From IMG/VR virus record IMGVR_UViG_2934748790_000001, positions 32,001 to 96,000 of that record: a stretch of 64,000 nucleotides of DNA. One strand, 5' to 3'. This document shows positions 17,287 through 26,051 of this stretch, piece after piece. The notes under the pieces were generated by a model. It searched no databases, had not been told where the DNA came from, and saw only the letters and a list, made by a program, of their open reading frames with translations. Source of the DNA: a virus. Lineage: Duplodnaviria; Caudoviricetes. A program made the position numbers and the translations under genes. The stretch's first letter is position 1, and each line of letters begins with the position of its first letter.

Positions 17287-18429
17287 GTGGCAAGCGGAAT
17301 CACCGGGACTCCGGTCCTGTCCCCCACACCGACCGCCTATACGGCGGCCAACTCCACGATGCTCACCCCGGCCATCCAGACCATCTGGTCGAAGGAAATT
17401 CTTTTCCAGGCGATGCCCGTGCTCAGGTTCGAGCAATTCATGGTCAAGAAGACCGAGCTGGGTACCGCTCCCGGTCTGACTGTGAATTTCATGCGGTACC
17501 GGAGTCTCGACGGAGCCCAGCAGCTCGTCGAGGGCGTCCGCATGGAGACCCACGCACTCTCGGCCGAGCAGATCACCATCACTGTGGCGGAGCACGGTTT
17601 CGCCATCGCCGTCACGGAACTCCTGCTCAACGCGTCTTTCGATGACGTTATGGCAAGCGGTGCCCGGCTTCTCGGCCGAAACATGGCGACCTATCTGGAC
17701 GCGCTCTGCCGGGACACCCTCCTTGGCGCTCCGTCGGTCCTTTACGGATACGACAAGCTGGCCTCCTGGTCGGCGGGTGCCGCGCGTACTCCGCTTTCGC
17801 CGTACGACCGGGGCATGTTCGCCGACTCCGAGGCGACCATGGCCGCGAACGGGGGCTTCTACTTCACGTCTGCCCTGGTGAAGGACGCGGTCGAGACCCT
17901 CGCGACGAAGAACGTGCCTCGCCTCGGCGAGACGTATGTCGCTTTTGTCCACCCGCATCAGAGCCGTCGGCTTCGCGACGATCCGGAATTCATCGAGGTG
18001 ACGAAGTATGCCGCCCCGGGGAACTTCATGCTCGGGGAAATCGGCAGGCTGAATGACGTGGTATTCATCGAGACCACGCAGGTCTTCCAGGGCAACACGA
18101 CTCAGCCGCCCACCCGGCAGATCGGGACCAACATTCCCACCAACACTGCCCAGAAGTGGGGCGGCCAGCCCTCCCGCAGCGCCTCGGGAGCAACGCCGGC
18201 GATCCCGGCCGTCACGTCGACTCCGTCCAACCCGAATGCGCCGACGAACCCGATCTACCGCGCGCTGGTAATCGGTGACAATGCCGCCGGTCACGCCATC
18301 TCCCTGCCCGTCGAACTGAGGGACGGGGGCGTGCTCGACTTCGGAAGGGAGCACGCCTTGGCCTGGTATTCGGTGTTCGGTCTCGGGCTCATCACGGATT
18401 ATGCCGTGGTGCAGTGCGCAACGAACTGA
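17287..18429 (+). CDS. major capsid protein (N4-gp56-like)
   Basis: IWSKEILFQAMP, YVAFVHPHQSRRLRDDPEF, GEIGRL.DVVFIET, DFGREHALAWY. Confidence 0.92.
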   Translation: MASGITGTPVLSPTPTAYTAANSTMLTPAIQTIWSKEILFQAMPVLRFEQFMVKKTELGTAPGLTVNFMRYRSLDGAQQLVEGVRMETHALSAEQITITVAEHGFAIAVTELLLNASFDDVMASGARLLGRNMATYLDALCRDTLLGAPSVLYGYDKLASWSAGAARTPLSPYDRGMFADSEATMAANGGFYFTSALVKDAVETLATKNVPRLGETYVAFVHPHQSRRLRDDPEFIEVTKYAAPGNFMLGEIGRLNDVVFIETTQVFQGNTTQPPTRQIGTNIPTNTAQKWGGQPSRSASGATPAIPAVTSTPSNPNAPTNPIYRALVIGDNAAGHAISLPVELRDGGVLDFGREHALAWYSVFGLGLITDYAVVQCATN

Positions 18430-18461
18430 CCGGCTCACCCAGCGGGGCCTAGGGCCCCTTA

Positions 18462-18499
18462 TTCCGGGGCGGTGGTAACCGACTCTCGCCGCCCCGGAA
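18462..18499 (+). terminator. hairpin after the capsid gene
   Basis: TTCCGGGGCGGTG/CGCCGCCCCGGAA stem. Confidence 0.6.
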
Positions 18500-18529
18500 C
18501 TCCTCACCCGATTCGATAGGAGACCACCC

Positions 18530-18916
18530 GTGCCTGCGAACCCGCGCACCAAGCCGAACCCCAAGGATTTCACCGGTAACAAGAAGCGTCAGCTCGCCGA
18601 GGAGCACGCCGAGGAACTCACTCGACGCAAGGGCGAGCTGGCTATGCACCACGCCGAGCAGGCTGCGAATCTCGACAAGCCCATCGAGCTTGACGAGAAG
18701 GGCCGCACGCTCGAATCCGTGGGCGAGGAAGCCACGCCGGACGGGCCGGTCGAGCTTCCCCCCGAGACGGTGGATATCCGCATTGCGTGCGACCTGGAGA
18801 AGGTGACGATCGGCCAGGGTACGGAATTCGATTTCAAGGAGGGACAGGTCTACACCGTCCCCCTCAACGTCGCTCTGCACCTGGACCGGCTCGGATACGT
18901 CTGGCAGTGGCTCTGA
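18530..18916 (+). CDS. conserved phage protein
   Basis: AGGAG SD; DFTG...FKEGQVYTVP..VALHLDRLGY. Confidence 0.85.
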   Translation: MPANPRTKPNPKDFTGNKKRQLAEEHAEELTRRKGELAMHHAEQAANLDKPIELDEKGRTLESVGEEATPDGPVELPPETVDIRIACDLEKVTIGQGTEFDFKEGQVYTVPLNVALHLDRLGYVWQWL

Positions 18917-18935
18917 CCGGAGGGAACGGCGCGTA

Positions 18936-19316
18936 ATGGCTGCGATCAAGCCTCTCAAGTCGACCGGAGCAACACCCTCGAAGGGGAAGTGGTACACGCT
19001 GCTCACCGATTTCGGTGAGGGCGTCGGCATGCTCGCCCGGAAGCGCCGCTACCGGGCCGGCGATCAGCAGACGGCCGAAGAAGAGGACCGACAGCTCCTG
19101 GTGCTGGACATCCTGGAGCCGGCCACGTACGGCGTCGGCTACAGCTCGGAGAAGACCGTGCTGTGCATGTGGCTCGAAGCGAGCGCGCCGGGCCGCCTCT
19201 CCCAGCACCACATCAGCTTCCCCCTCACTCAGTTCATCGAGCTGGTCGGCCAGGGCAAGGAGCCGCCCGAGTGGGCGGACTGGCAGGCACAGCAGAGTCC
19301 CGTCGGTGATGCCTGA
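18936..19316 (+). CDS. hypothetical protein
   Basis: Operonic; TGATG coupling to the next gene. Confidence 0.75.
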   Translation: MAAIKPLKSTGATPSKGKWYTLLTDFGEGVGMLARKRRYRAGDQQTAEEEDRQLLVLDILEPATYGVGYSSEKTVLCMWLEASAPGRLSQHHISFPLTQFIELVGQGKEPPEWADWQAQQSPVGDA

Positions 19317-19801
19317 TGCCCGGGTTCATCGCGGTACAGGGGGCCGTGTCGGCGCTGGACTACCTCACCGGCCGCTCCACGGGACTGGAGGCCGAATGGC
19401 AGGCCAAGATCGCCGGGGGGAATCCGCAGCCGAAGACGACGTACCTGATGCTGCTGACCCAGACCGTCACCGACGCCCAGACCGACATGGCGACGCTGCT
19501 GGGCATCGAGGCCGCCGGGACCGGCTACGCCCGCCAGCCGGTCCCATGGGGCGCGGCCTCCACGGACACCCGGCGGTCCGCCAACGTCGACCTCGTCCAG
19601 TTCGGGCCCTTCAGCGACCCCACCGGTCTCGCGGCGCCCGTGGCCGGCGCGGCGCTGGTGACGCGCATGACGTCCTCGGCCGGCCAGCCCACCGGCCTGT
19701 GCCTGATGGCCTGGAACTTGGACTCGGCCATCACGACCCAGCAGAACCAGGCGCTCCAGCTCGCGGTCGGCGCGCTGTCGATGACGCTGGCGGTGACCTG
19801 A
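19316..19801 (+). CDS. putative virion structural protein
   Basis: YLMLLT...GTGYARQPVPW...N.DLVQFGPF pattern seen in phage structural proteins. Confidence 0.8.
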   Translation: MPGFIAVQGAVSALDYLTGRSTGLEAEWQAKIAGGNPQPKTTYLMLLTQTVTDAQTDMATLLGIEAAGTGYARQPVPWGAASTDTRRSANVDLVQFGPFSDPTGLAAPVAGAALVTRMTSSAGQPTGLCLMAWNLDSAITTQQNQALQLAVGALSMTLAVT

Positions 19802-19802
19802 G

Positions 19803-20633
19803 ATGGCGACGCTCGCGGGCGTTCTCCGGCGCGTGCGTTCGGAGATCGGTGACCTTCCGGCCCCCTTCGTCGACACCTTCATCGGTGGCGATGAGCTTTC
19901 GAGCTACGACCTGTCCGAGGTCAACGTCACCAGCGTGGTGGCAAAGGTGGTCACTACCGAACCCGCGAGCTCCATCGAGCTGGAGCCCGACGCCGACTAC
20001 GTCCTCAATCCGGCCGAGGGCTCGATTCTGCTGATCAACACGGACTACTCGCCCCTGCGGCATGGCCAGACGCTGATCGTGCGGGGCAGGTCGGAGGGCA
20101 TGTTCGCCGACGCGGAGCTGGAGACTTACGTCAGCGACGCGATGACCCAGCAGACGTACGGCCGCACGATCAAGACCCGATACCGCGACGGCCACGGCCA
20201 TATCCGGTACGACCTGGAACCCATCGGCCTGGAGAACCTGCCGGCGGTGGAGGAACCCCTGGTCGCCTACCTGGCCACGATCAACGCGCTGTGGACGCTC
20301 GCGACGGACGCAGCCACGGACATCGACGTGAATACAGCGGAGGGGACCTTCGTTCCGCGCAGCCAGCGCTACCGGCAGCTCATGGAACACCTCGCCGAAC
20401 TTCAAGCCAGGTACAACGCGCTGGCGCAGCAGCTCAACGTCGGCCTCGCGCGTATCGAGCAGTTCCAACTCCGTCGGGTCTCGCGGTCCACCAACCGCCT
20501 CGTCCCGATTTTCCAGCCGCGTGAGTACGACGACACCGGGAAGCCCGAGCGGCTGCTGCCTCCGATCGATGGCGATGCCTATGACGACGAGTCGGGCGTG
20601 ACCTCGCCGCTCTACCCGGGCACGTGGGGGTGA
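19803..20633 (+). CDS. head-tail adaptor/neck protein
   Basis: VRSEIGD, ALWTLATDAA.DIDV, VPRSQRYRQL; position in operon. Confidence 0.7.
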   Translation: MATLAGVLRRVRSEIGDLPAPFVDTFIGGDELSSYDLSEVNVTSVVAKVVTTEPASSIELEPDADYVLNPAEGSILLINTDYSPLRHGQTLIVRGRSEGMFADAELETYVSDAMTQQTYGRTIKTRYRDGHGHIRYDLEPIGLENLPAVEEPLVAYLATINALWTLATDAATDIDVNTAEGTFVPRSQRYRQLMEHLAELQARYNALAQQLNVGLARIEQFQLRRVSRSTNRLVPIFQPREYDDTGKPERLLPPIDGDAYDDESGVTSPLYPGTWG

Positions 20634-20639
20634 TTCACG

Positions 20640-21245
20640 GTGTGGTCGCGGCTGGACTGGAAGCGGGGTCGTTTTGGTGTGAATACCGAGACGACTCTGA
20701 TTCACCGTGCTTTGCGCGGCTGGCAGAACCGGACCGGTGACAGTGTCACCTACTGGCGCTTCCGGCGCGATGAGTCGGACATGCACGACGTCTACGACGA
20801 AGCCACAGGCGTCGGCCGGGTGTTCTACGGGAAGTGGCAGATCCCCGCGCTGCACGTCACTCACGTGGAGTCCGCGAACGAAATCCCCGGTGACGCGGGT
20901 CTGTACATCACCGACACTCTGCGGGTCGTCCTCGAATTCGATCAGCTCACGAAATTCGGCCTCACCGAGATGGACGTCAAGCACGGCTCGTTCCAGCGCG
21001 ACCGGATCGCCTACGACAACGCCCTCTACGCGGTGCAACGCGTGATCGTCCTCGGCCAGATCCGCCGACGGGACGTGGTCGTCGTGATCGAGGCGCAGCA
21101 GATCAAATCCGACGAGCTGGTCAACGACCCGGTATTCGCGGATTACCTCGTCGACCCCTCGCAGCACCCCGTACCTGCCGAGCTGATGGCCCGGACGGTG
21201 ATCCACCCCCCGGAGGAAGGCGCAGGCGATGACCCTGACTTCTGA
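20640..21245 (+). CDS. head closure/neck protein
   Basis: HDVYDEA.G.GR, GLYITDTL, DRIAYDN; position in operon. Confidence 0.65.
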   Translation: MWSRLDWKRGRFGVNTETTLIHRALRGWQNRTGDSVTYWRFRRDESDMHDVYDEATGVGRVFYGKWQIPALHVTHVESANEIPGDAGLYITDTLRVVLEFDQLTKFGLTEMDVKHGSFQRDRIAYDNALYAVQRVIVLGQIRRRDVVVVIEAQQIKSDELVNDPVFADYLVDPSQHPVPAELMARTVIHPPEEGAGDDPDF

Positions 21246-21900
21246 CCTGTCCGCTTCCGAGATGCCCGCCGGGATTCCTTCGACCAGGCTGACCGGCCGC
21301 TACATAGCCCCCAACGGCACCCCGTTGGTCGGGAGCGTGTCCTTTGCCCCGCCGTCGGTTCTGACGCTGCCGGGGTCAGACGTCATCGCTGCCACGCCCG
21401 CGCAGGTGACCCTCGACGCGCAGGGCTCATTCGAGGTGACGCTGATCGCCACGGACGCGCCGGGCATGTCCCCCTCCCACTGGGCCTATCAGGTCACGGA
21501 GAAGCTCAAGGGGTTGCCCCGGCGCGTCTTCCACATCGCGCTGCCGGCGTCGGCGACGACGGTCGACCTGGCGGACATCGCACCCATCAACCCGTACACA
21601 GGCAACTACCTGCCCGTCACCGGCCCGCGTGGCGCCAAAGGCGAGAAGGGCGAGCCCGGTGACGTCAGCCTCGCGCAGCTCCATGCGCTGGAGGCCCGGA
21701 CCGCCCCCCGTCCCCAGGAGTGGACCCAGTCGGCCGGCAGCAACGAGTGGACCATCACCCACTCGCTGCCATACCGGCCCCTGGTGACGGTCTACGACAC
21801 CTCCGGCCGTGAGATCGGCGGCTCGGTCGACTACCCAAACCCCACCACCGTCCGGGTGCGCTTCGCCGTGGCGGAGACCGGCTCGGCCGTACTTCACTAG
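21229..21900 (+). CDS. structural protein with a short collagen-like segment
   Basis: GPRGAKGEKGEPGD; C-terminal WTITHSLPYRPLVTVYD domain. Confidence 0.8.
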   Translation: MTLTSDLSASEMPAGIPSTRLTGRYIAPNGTPLVGSVSFAPPSVLTLPGSDVIAATPAQVTLDAQGSFEVTLIATDAPGMSPSHWAYQVTEKLKGLPRRVFHIALPASATTVDLADIAPINPYTGNYLPVTGPRGAKGEKGEPGDVSLAQLHALEARTAPRPQEWTQSAGSNEWTITHSLPYRPLVTVYDTSGREIGGSVDYPNPTTVRVRFAVAETGSAVLH

Positions 21901-21909
21901 GAGCGCCCG

Positions 21910-23019
21910 ATGGCTGTGACGGACTTCCGCTTTCCGGTCAAGCTGAACAAATTGCCTGTCCAGGGCCTGGTGCCCGAGTCCTCAAGTTCCGCACCTTCGT
22001 CCCCCGTTGAGGGACAGCTTTGGACTGACACCGTCAGCCACACGCTCAAGGTCTGGACCGGCAGTGTGTGGAAGGACGTGCTGGCCCGAGGGGACCAGAC
22101 CGGCACCCAGAACGCGAATACCATCAGTGACCTCGCGACGGTCGTGAAGGGGTACCGGCTCGACGAATTCGCGACCCCGAGTGCGCCGGTGAACTTCGCC
22201 GGACAGAGGGCAACGAACGGGGCCGACCCGACCGCCGCGACGGATCTGGCCACGAAGCAGTACGTGGACAATGCCCGCGCGGGCATCGCCGTCAAGGACC
22301 CGGTGCGCGTGATCGCGAGCGCCGCCATCGACCTCTCGACGCTTCCGGCGGCGATCGACGGCATCACCATGGCCGCCGGCAACTCATTCCTGGCAGTGGC
22401 GCAGACCACCGCTACCCAGAACGGGATCTACGTCTACACCGGCGCCGGGCAGGCGGCCACCCGCCGGTCGGACGCGGACACCGCCGGCGAAGTCCTCGAC
22501 GGGACACTGGTGGCAGTGGCCGAAGGCACCAGGGCCGGTACCCAGTACATGCAGACGGCCACCCCCTCCGGGGCGCCCGGGTCCTGGACGCAGGTCTGGA
22601 CGCAGTTCAGCAGCGGAGGGCAGACGTACACCGCAGACGGTCTCGGCATCGAGCTGTCCGGCACCACCATCAGTCTGGAGCTGGCAGACGCCACCCTCAC
22701 GAAGTCGGGCTCGGGCCTGACGGTCGGGCTGGTCACCGTCGCCAAGGGCGGCACCGGCGCGACCTCCGTGGCGGGCGCCCGCGCAGCTCTGGGGGCAGTC
22801 GGCAAGTACACCGCGAACGTCGGAGCGCTCACGGGCGGGGTGCCGCTGACCATCACCCACAACCTCAACAGCGTCGACATCCTGGAACCGTCGCTGCGAG
22901 AGATCAGCAGCGGCGAGCTGGTCGGCGCGAAGTGGGTCGTGGTGGATGCGAATTCGGTGAGCCTCACCACGGCTACGAGCTACGCCGCCGACAGTTTCCG
23001 CGTGACGGTGGTGGGCTGA
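21910..23019 (+). CDS. fibre/head-decoration-type structural protein
   Basis: DLATKQYVD, KDPVRV, QTTATQNGIYV, KGGTGAT motifs. Confidence 0.8.
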   Translation: MAVTDFRFPVKLNKLPVQGLVPESSSSAPSSPVEGQLWTDTVSHTLKVWTGSVWKDVLARGDQTGTQNANTISDLATVVKGYRLDEFATPSAPVNFAGQRATNGADPTAATDLATKQYVDNARAGIAVKDPVRVIASAAIDLSTLPAAIDGITMAAGNSFLAVAQTTATQNGIYVYTGAGQAATRRSDADTAGEVLDGTLVAVAEGTRAGTQYMQTATPSGAPGSWTQVWTQFSSGGQTYTADGLGIELSGTTISLELADATLTKSGSGLTVGLVTVAKGGTGATSVAGARAALGAVGKYTANVGALTGGVPLTITHNLNSVDILEPSLREISSGELVGAKWVVVDANSVSLTTATSYAADSFRVTVVG

Positions 23020-23231
23020 TGGCCGGTCGGCAGCTCGCACCGCAGACAGTGCCTGTGAGCGCATCGAGCAACGTGGTCACTTCCAGTGCCGTCGGCGCTG
23101 CCAACGGTGTTGCGGGGCTGGGTGCGGACGCCAAGGTGGTGCAGGCGCAGCTTCCCACCCCGAAGATCACCGTCGGGATCACAGCTCCCGCGAGCCCCGC
23201 TCTCGGGGACGTCTGGATCGATACGAACTGA
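23019..23231 (+). CDS. small fibre-associated protein
   Basis: GAANGVAGLGADAKV..AQLP; APASPALGDVWIDT. Confidence 0.75.
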   Translation: MAGRQLAPQTVPVSASSNVVTSSAVGAANGVAGLGADAKVVQAQLPTPKITVGITAPASPALGDVWIDTN

Positions 23232-24520
23232 TGGCGACCCGCTTCTGGCTGACATCATCGGCGGCCCCGTACACCCCTGCCGCAGCGCGCGGCACCTGGA
23301 CCGACGCTACGTCGAGTACGGCTGCGCTGCTGGGACGGCAGCCCGCAGGAACTGCGTCGAGCGTGAGCGTGGCTGAGACCTCGGCCGTGACCACCAACGT
23401 GCTCCTGGGCAGGTGGATTAGCCCACCGGCGCGCAAGGCCGGCACGTTGTCGGGGACCGTAGCCTGGATCTACGGCAGGGCCCAGTCGTCATCGTCTTCG
23501 GCCATGGTGGTCCGTGCCCACATATACGTCACGGTCGGCAGCACCGACGCTGTGCGCGGCGTCCTGCTGAACAACTACACGGGAGGTACCACTTTCCCGG
23601 TCACTGCGGCAGGAGGGGGAACGGCCGGTATCCCGCTGTCCGGCTCCGTCGACCTCCAGGTGGGCGATCGGCTCGTATGTGAGTTCGGGTATCAGTCCCA
23701 GAACGCGAGCACCACCACCGAGTCGGCCATCCTGCACTACGGCGGTACGGGGAGCACCGACCTGGTTACTGGGAACACGGCCGTAACGACGAATCCGGGG
23801 TGGATCGAGTTCTCGGGCGCGGATGCGCTGTTCACGACGCCCACGAGCGAGATCGCCGATAAGTTCACCACGGGCATCGGTTCCAGATTCGTGTACTACT
23901 CGGGCACTTTCTGGAATGCCGCCTGGAAACGTGTTGCCGTTCCGGCGACCAGTTCCTACCCGGGTCTCATGTCCACAGATACGGGTTACGAAATCACCGG
24001 GTCCGCGCATTTTGCGGAGATCGTCAAGATGCCGGCGGGTGGGGCCAACACGACGTTCTCAGCGATGGTTCTTGGCCCAGCCGATAACGGCACCTACATG
24101 GCCATCAGGTACGCGGTATCTACGGGCCTGCTTTCCTTCGTGAACGCCGTTTCCTACTCCGACGCAACCCCGACGACCGTGGCTTACAGTCCTGCTGCTC
24201 ACCGTTGGCTCCGGTTTCGTGAAACCGCCGGAACCTTCTACTGGGAGACCAGCCCCGACGCTGCTACGTGGACGGTTCGCCGGAGCATGACCACTCCGCA
24301 GTGGCTGAAGTTCGGGACGCTGCGGATCAGCTTTCAGGGGTACGCGGACGCTGGCAGTACCGCGACTGTCGGGGAGGTCGACAACGTCAACAGCCCCCCC
24401 ACGACGGTGGTCAAGGTGTGGGACGGCGCCGCGTGGGTTCCGAAGCCGCTGAAGGTGTGGAATGGCGGCTCCTGGGTCACCCGGGTACCTAAGTCGTGGT
24501 CTGAAACTGCCTGGTTCTGA
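23231..24520 (+). CDS. putative fibre/receptor-binding protein
   Basis: T/S/G/W-rich; AHRWLRFRETAGTFYWETSPD; C-terminal KVWDG/KVWNG repeats. Confidence 0.75.
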   Translation: MATRFWLTSSAAPYTPAAARGTWTDATSSTAALLGRQPAGTASSVSVAETSAVTTNVLLGRWISPPARKAGTLSGTVAWIYGRAQSSSSSAMVVRAHIYVTVGSTDAVRGVLLNNYTGGTTFPVTAAGGGTAGIPLSGSVDLQVGDRLVCEFGYQSQNASTTTESAILHYGGTGSTDLVTGNTAVTTNPGWIEFSGADALFTTPTSEIADKFTTGIGSRFVYYSGTFWNAAWKRVAVPATSSYPGLMSTDTGYEITGSAHFAEIVKMPAGGANTTFSAMVLGPADNGTYMAIRYAVSTGLLSFVNAVSYSDATPTTVAYSPAAHRWLRFRETAGTFYWETSPDAATWTVRRSMTTPQWLKFGTLRISFQGYADAGSTATVGEVDNVNSPPTTVVKVWDGAAWVPKPLKVWNGGSWVTRVPKSWSETAWF

Positions 24521-24617
24521 CGCGTATCCGTTAGCACCGTGGATTACCTCGCGGATATCCCTGCGTGCGATTCTCTGCCGAGAACCGCCCTGGCCATATC
24601 TCACACAGGAGCAGTAC

Positions 24618-24893
24618 ATGCGATTTGTCACCGTCAGCACCGAGGACTTCGACAAGACGATCAAGTTCGGTCCGCTGGAGCTGGACGATCCGTCTGACCA
24701 CGTTCCGGCCGAGGGCACGCGTCTGATGCCCGAAGAGGAGGCTCTCGCGGCCGGTTACCGCTACGCCGAGGGCGGTGCCGCTTTCGCGCCGGAGGACGAG
24801 TCCCACGGCAATCGCGCGGCGCACGGGCAGGACGCGGACGAGGTCCACGAGAACCGCGACCATCGCGACCACCGCGCGCACGACGAGCAGTAG
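24618..24893 (+). CDS. hypothetical protein with His/Asp/Arg-rich tail
   Basis: AGGAG SD, 91 aa. Confidence 0.7.
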   Translation: MRFVTVSTEDFDKTIKFGPLELDDPSDHVPAEGTRLMPEEEALAAGYRYAEGGAAFAPEDESHGNRAAHGQDADEVHENRDHRDHRAHDEQ

Positions 24894-24933
24894 AACCCGG
24901 GGCAGTAGCCGCCTGTCAAGAACGGAGTCCGTC

Positions 24934-25014
24934 ATGACCATCGCGCAGATCGTCGGCCTGGTCCTCATTGTCCTCCTCGTGCTGGTCGTCCTGAAGATCA
25001 CCGGCATCTTCTGA
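24934..25014 (+). CDS. 26-aa single-pass membrane peptide
   Basis: GGAG SD; MTIAQIVGLVLIVLLVLVVLKITGIF. Confidence 0.6.
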   Translation: MTIAQIVGLVLIVLLVLVVLKITGIF

Positions 25015-25094
25015 CCGGCTTTCATTAACCTGCGCCAAATAGGCGCACGCATTCTGGTGGGGCGATCCACAACCGCCCATACCGGAGTGCCCCC

Positions 25095-26045
25095 GTGCCG
25101 TTTCTTCTGAACGAGGACAAGGCGCTGAAGTCGAAACTTCAGGGCCTGACGGTGCATGACGCCACTTCCGGTGCCGGCCGCAGTGTGACCGTTCGCTACA
25201 AGAACCCGGAATACGAGCTGGCGGACGCCACTTACCCGCTCGCCCTCATCACCCACTCGCGAATCTCTCGCGACGAGGAACGGGAACACAGGGGCGTAGT
25301 GAATCTGCACTACGCCCCCGAGGGATACGAGCCGTGGGCAGACATGGCAGACCCCGCATTGTCTCCGTACACGGCGGAGATGCCCATCCCGCTGAACGTC
25401 GACTATCAGATCGACGCGTACGCCCGTAAAGAGACGCATCTCATCGAGATTACCGGCGCGCTGATGGGCTTCGACTATTTCCCGCACCGATTCGGTTACC
25501 TCTCGGTGCCCGAGGACGGAACAGTCCGCCGGCTCGACCTGATGGGCGGCCCGGAATATTCGGAGACCAAGGACGACAAGGGTAAGCGCCTTTTCATCGC
25601 ATCCTGGGCGATCCGCGTCTCCAGCGAAATCTTCCTCAGCGAGATCCGCACGCTGACGCCTGCGCAGCGCGTCCTTATCGGTTGGCTCGACAAGGCCGCC
25701 TGGGACGAAGGCCACTCGGTGCCCGTCAGCACGCCCCAGGTGGTTACCAAGGACCGGCTCGCCGTGGTCTCCGCGCCGTTGGCCATCGCCCTGGTCGGAC
25801 AGCCGTACCGGCAGCACCTGGAGGCCCTCGGGGGGTCAGGCCAGGTGACCTGGTCGCTCTCCGAGGGCTCGCGTCTGCCGGAGGGCCTTCACCTGACGGC
25901 TACCGGGGTTCTGCACGGGCTGCCGGTAGCCGCCACGACCTCACCGGCTCAGTTCCAGGTCTCCGCCCGGGACTCGGACGTCACTCCGCAGGTGGCGCAG
26001 GCCGCTTTCTCGCTCACCGTACTGCCCTCACCTCCCGGAGGCTGA
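25095..26045 (+). CDS. tail completion/terminator protein with C-terminal Ig-like domain
   Basis: Precedes the sheath; ALVGQPYRQHLEALGG...WSLSEGSRLPEGLHL..TGVLHG.P (He_PIG-type). Confidence 0.7.
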   Translation: MPFLLNEDKALKSKLQGLTVHDATSGAGRSVTVRYKNPEYELADATYPLALITHSRISRDEEREHRGVVNLHYAPEGYEPWADMADPALSPYTAEMPIPLNVDYQIDAYARKETHLIEITGALMGFDYFPHRFGYLSVPEDGTVRRLDLMGGPEYSETKDDKGKRLFIASWAIRVSSEIFLSEIRTLTPAQRVLIGWLDKAAWDEGHSVPVSTPQVVTKDRLAVVSAPLAIALVGQPYRQHLEALGGSGQVTWSLSEGSRLPEGLHLTATGVLHGLPVAATTSPAQFQVSARDSDVTPQVAQAAFSLTVLPSPPGG

Positions 26046-26051
26046 TTCCTG

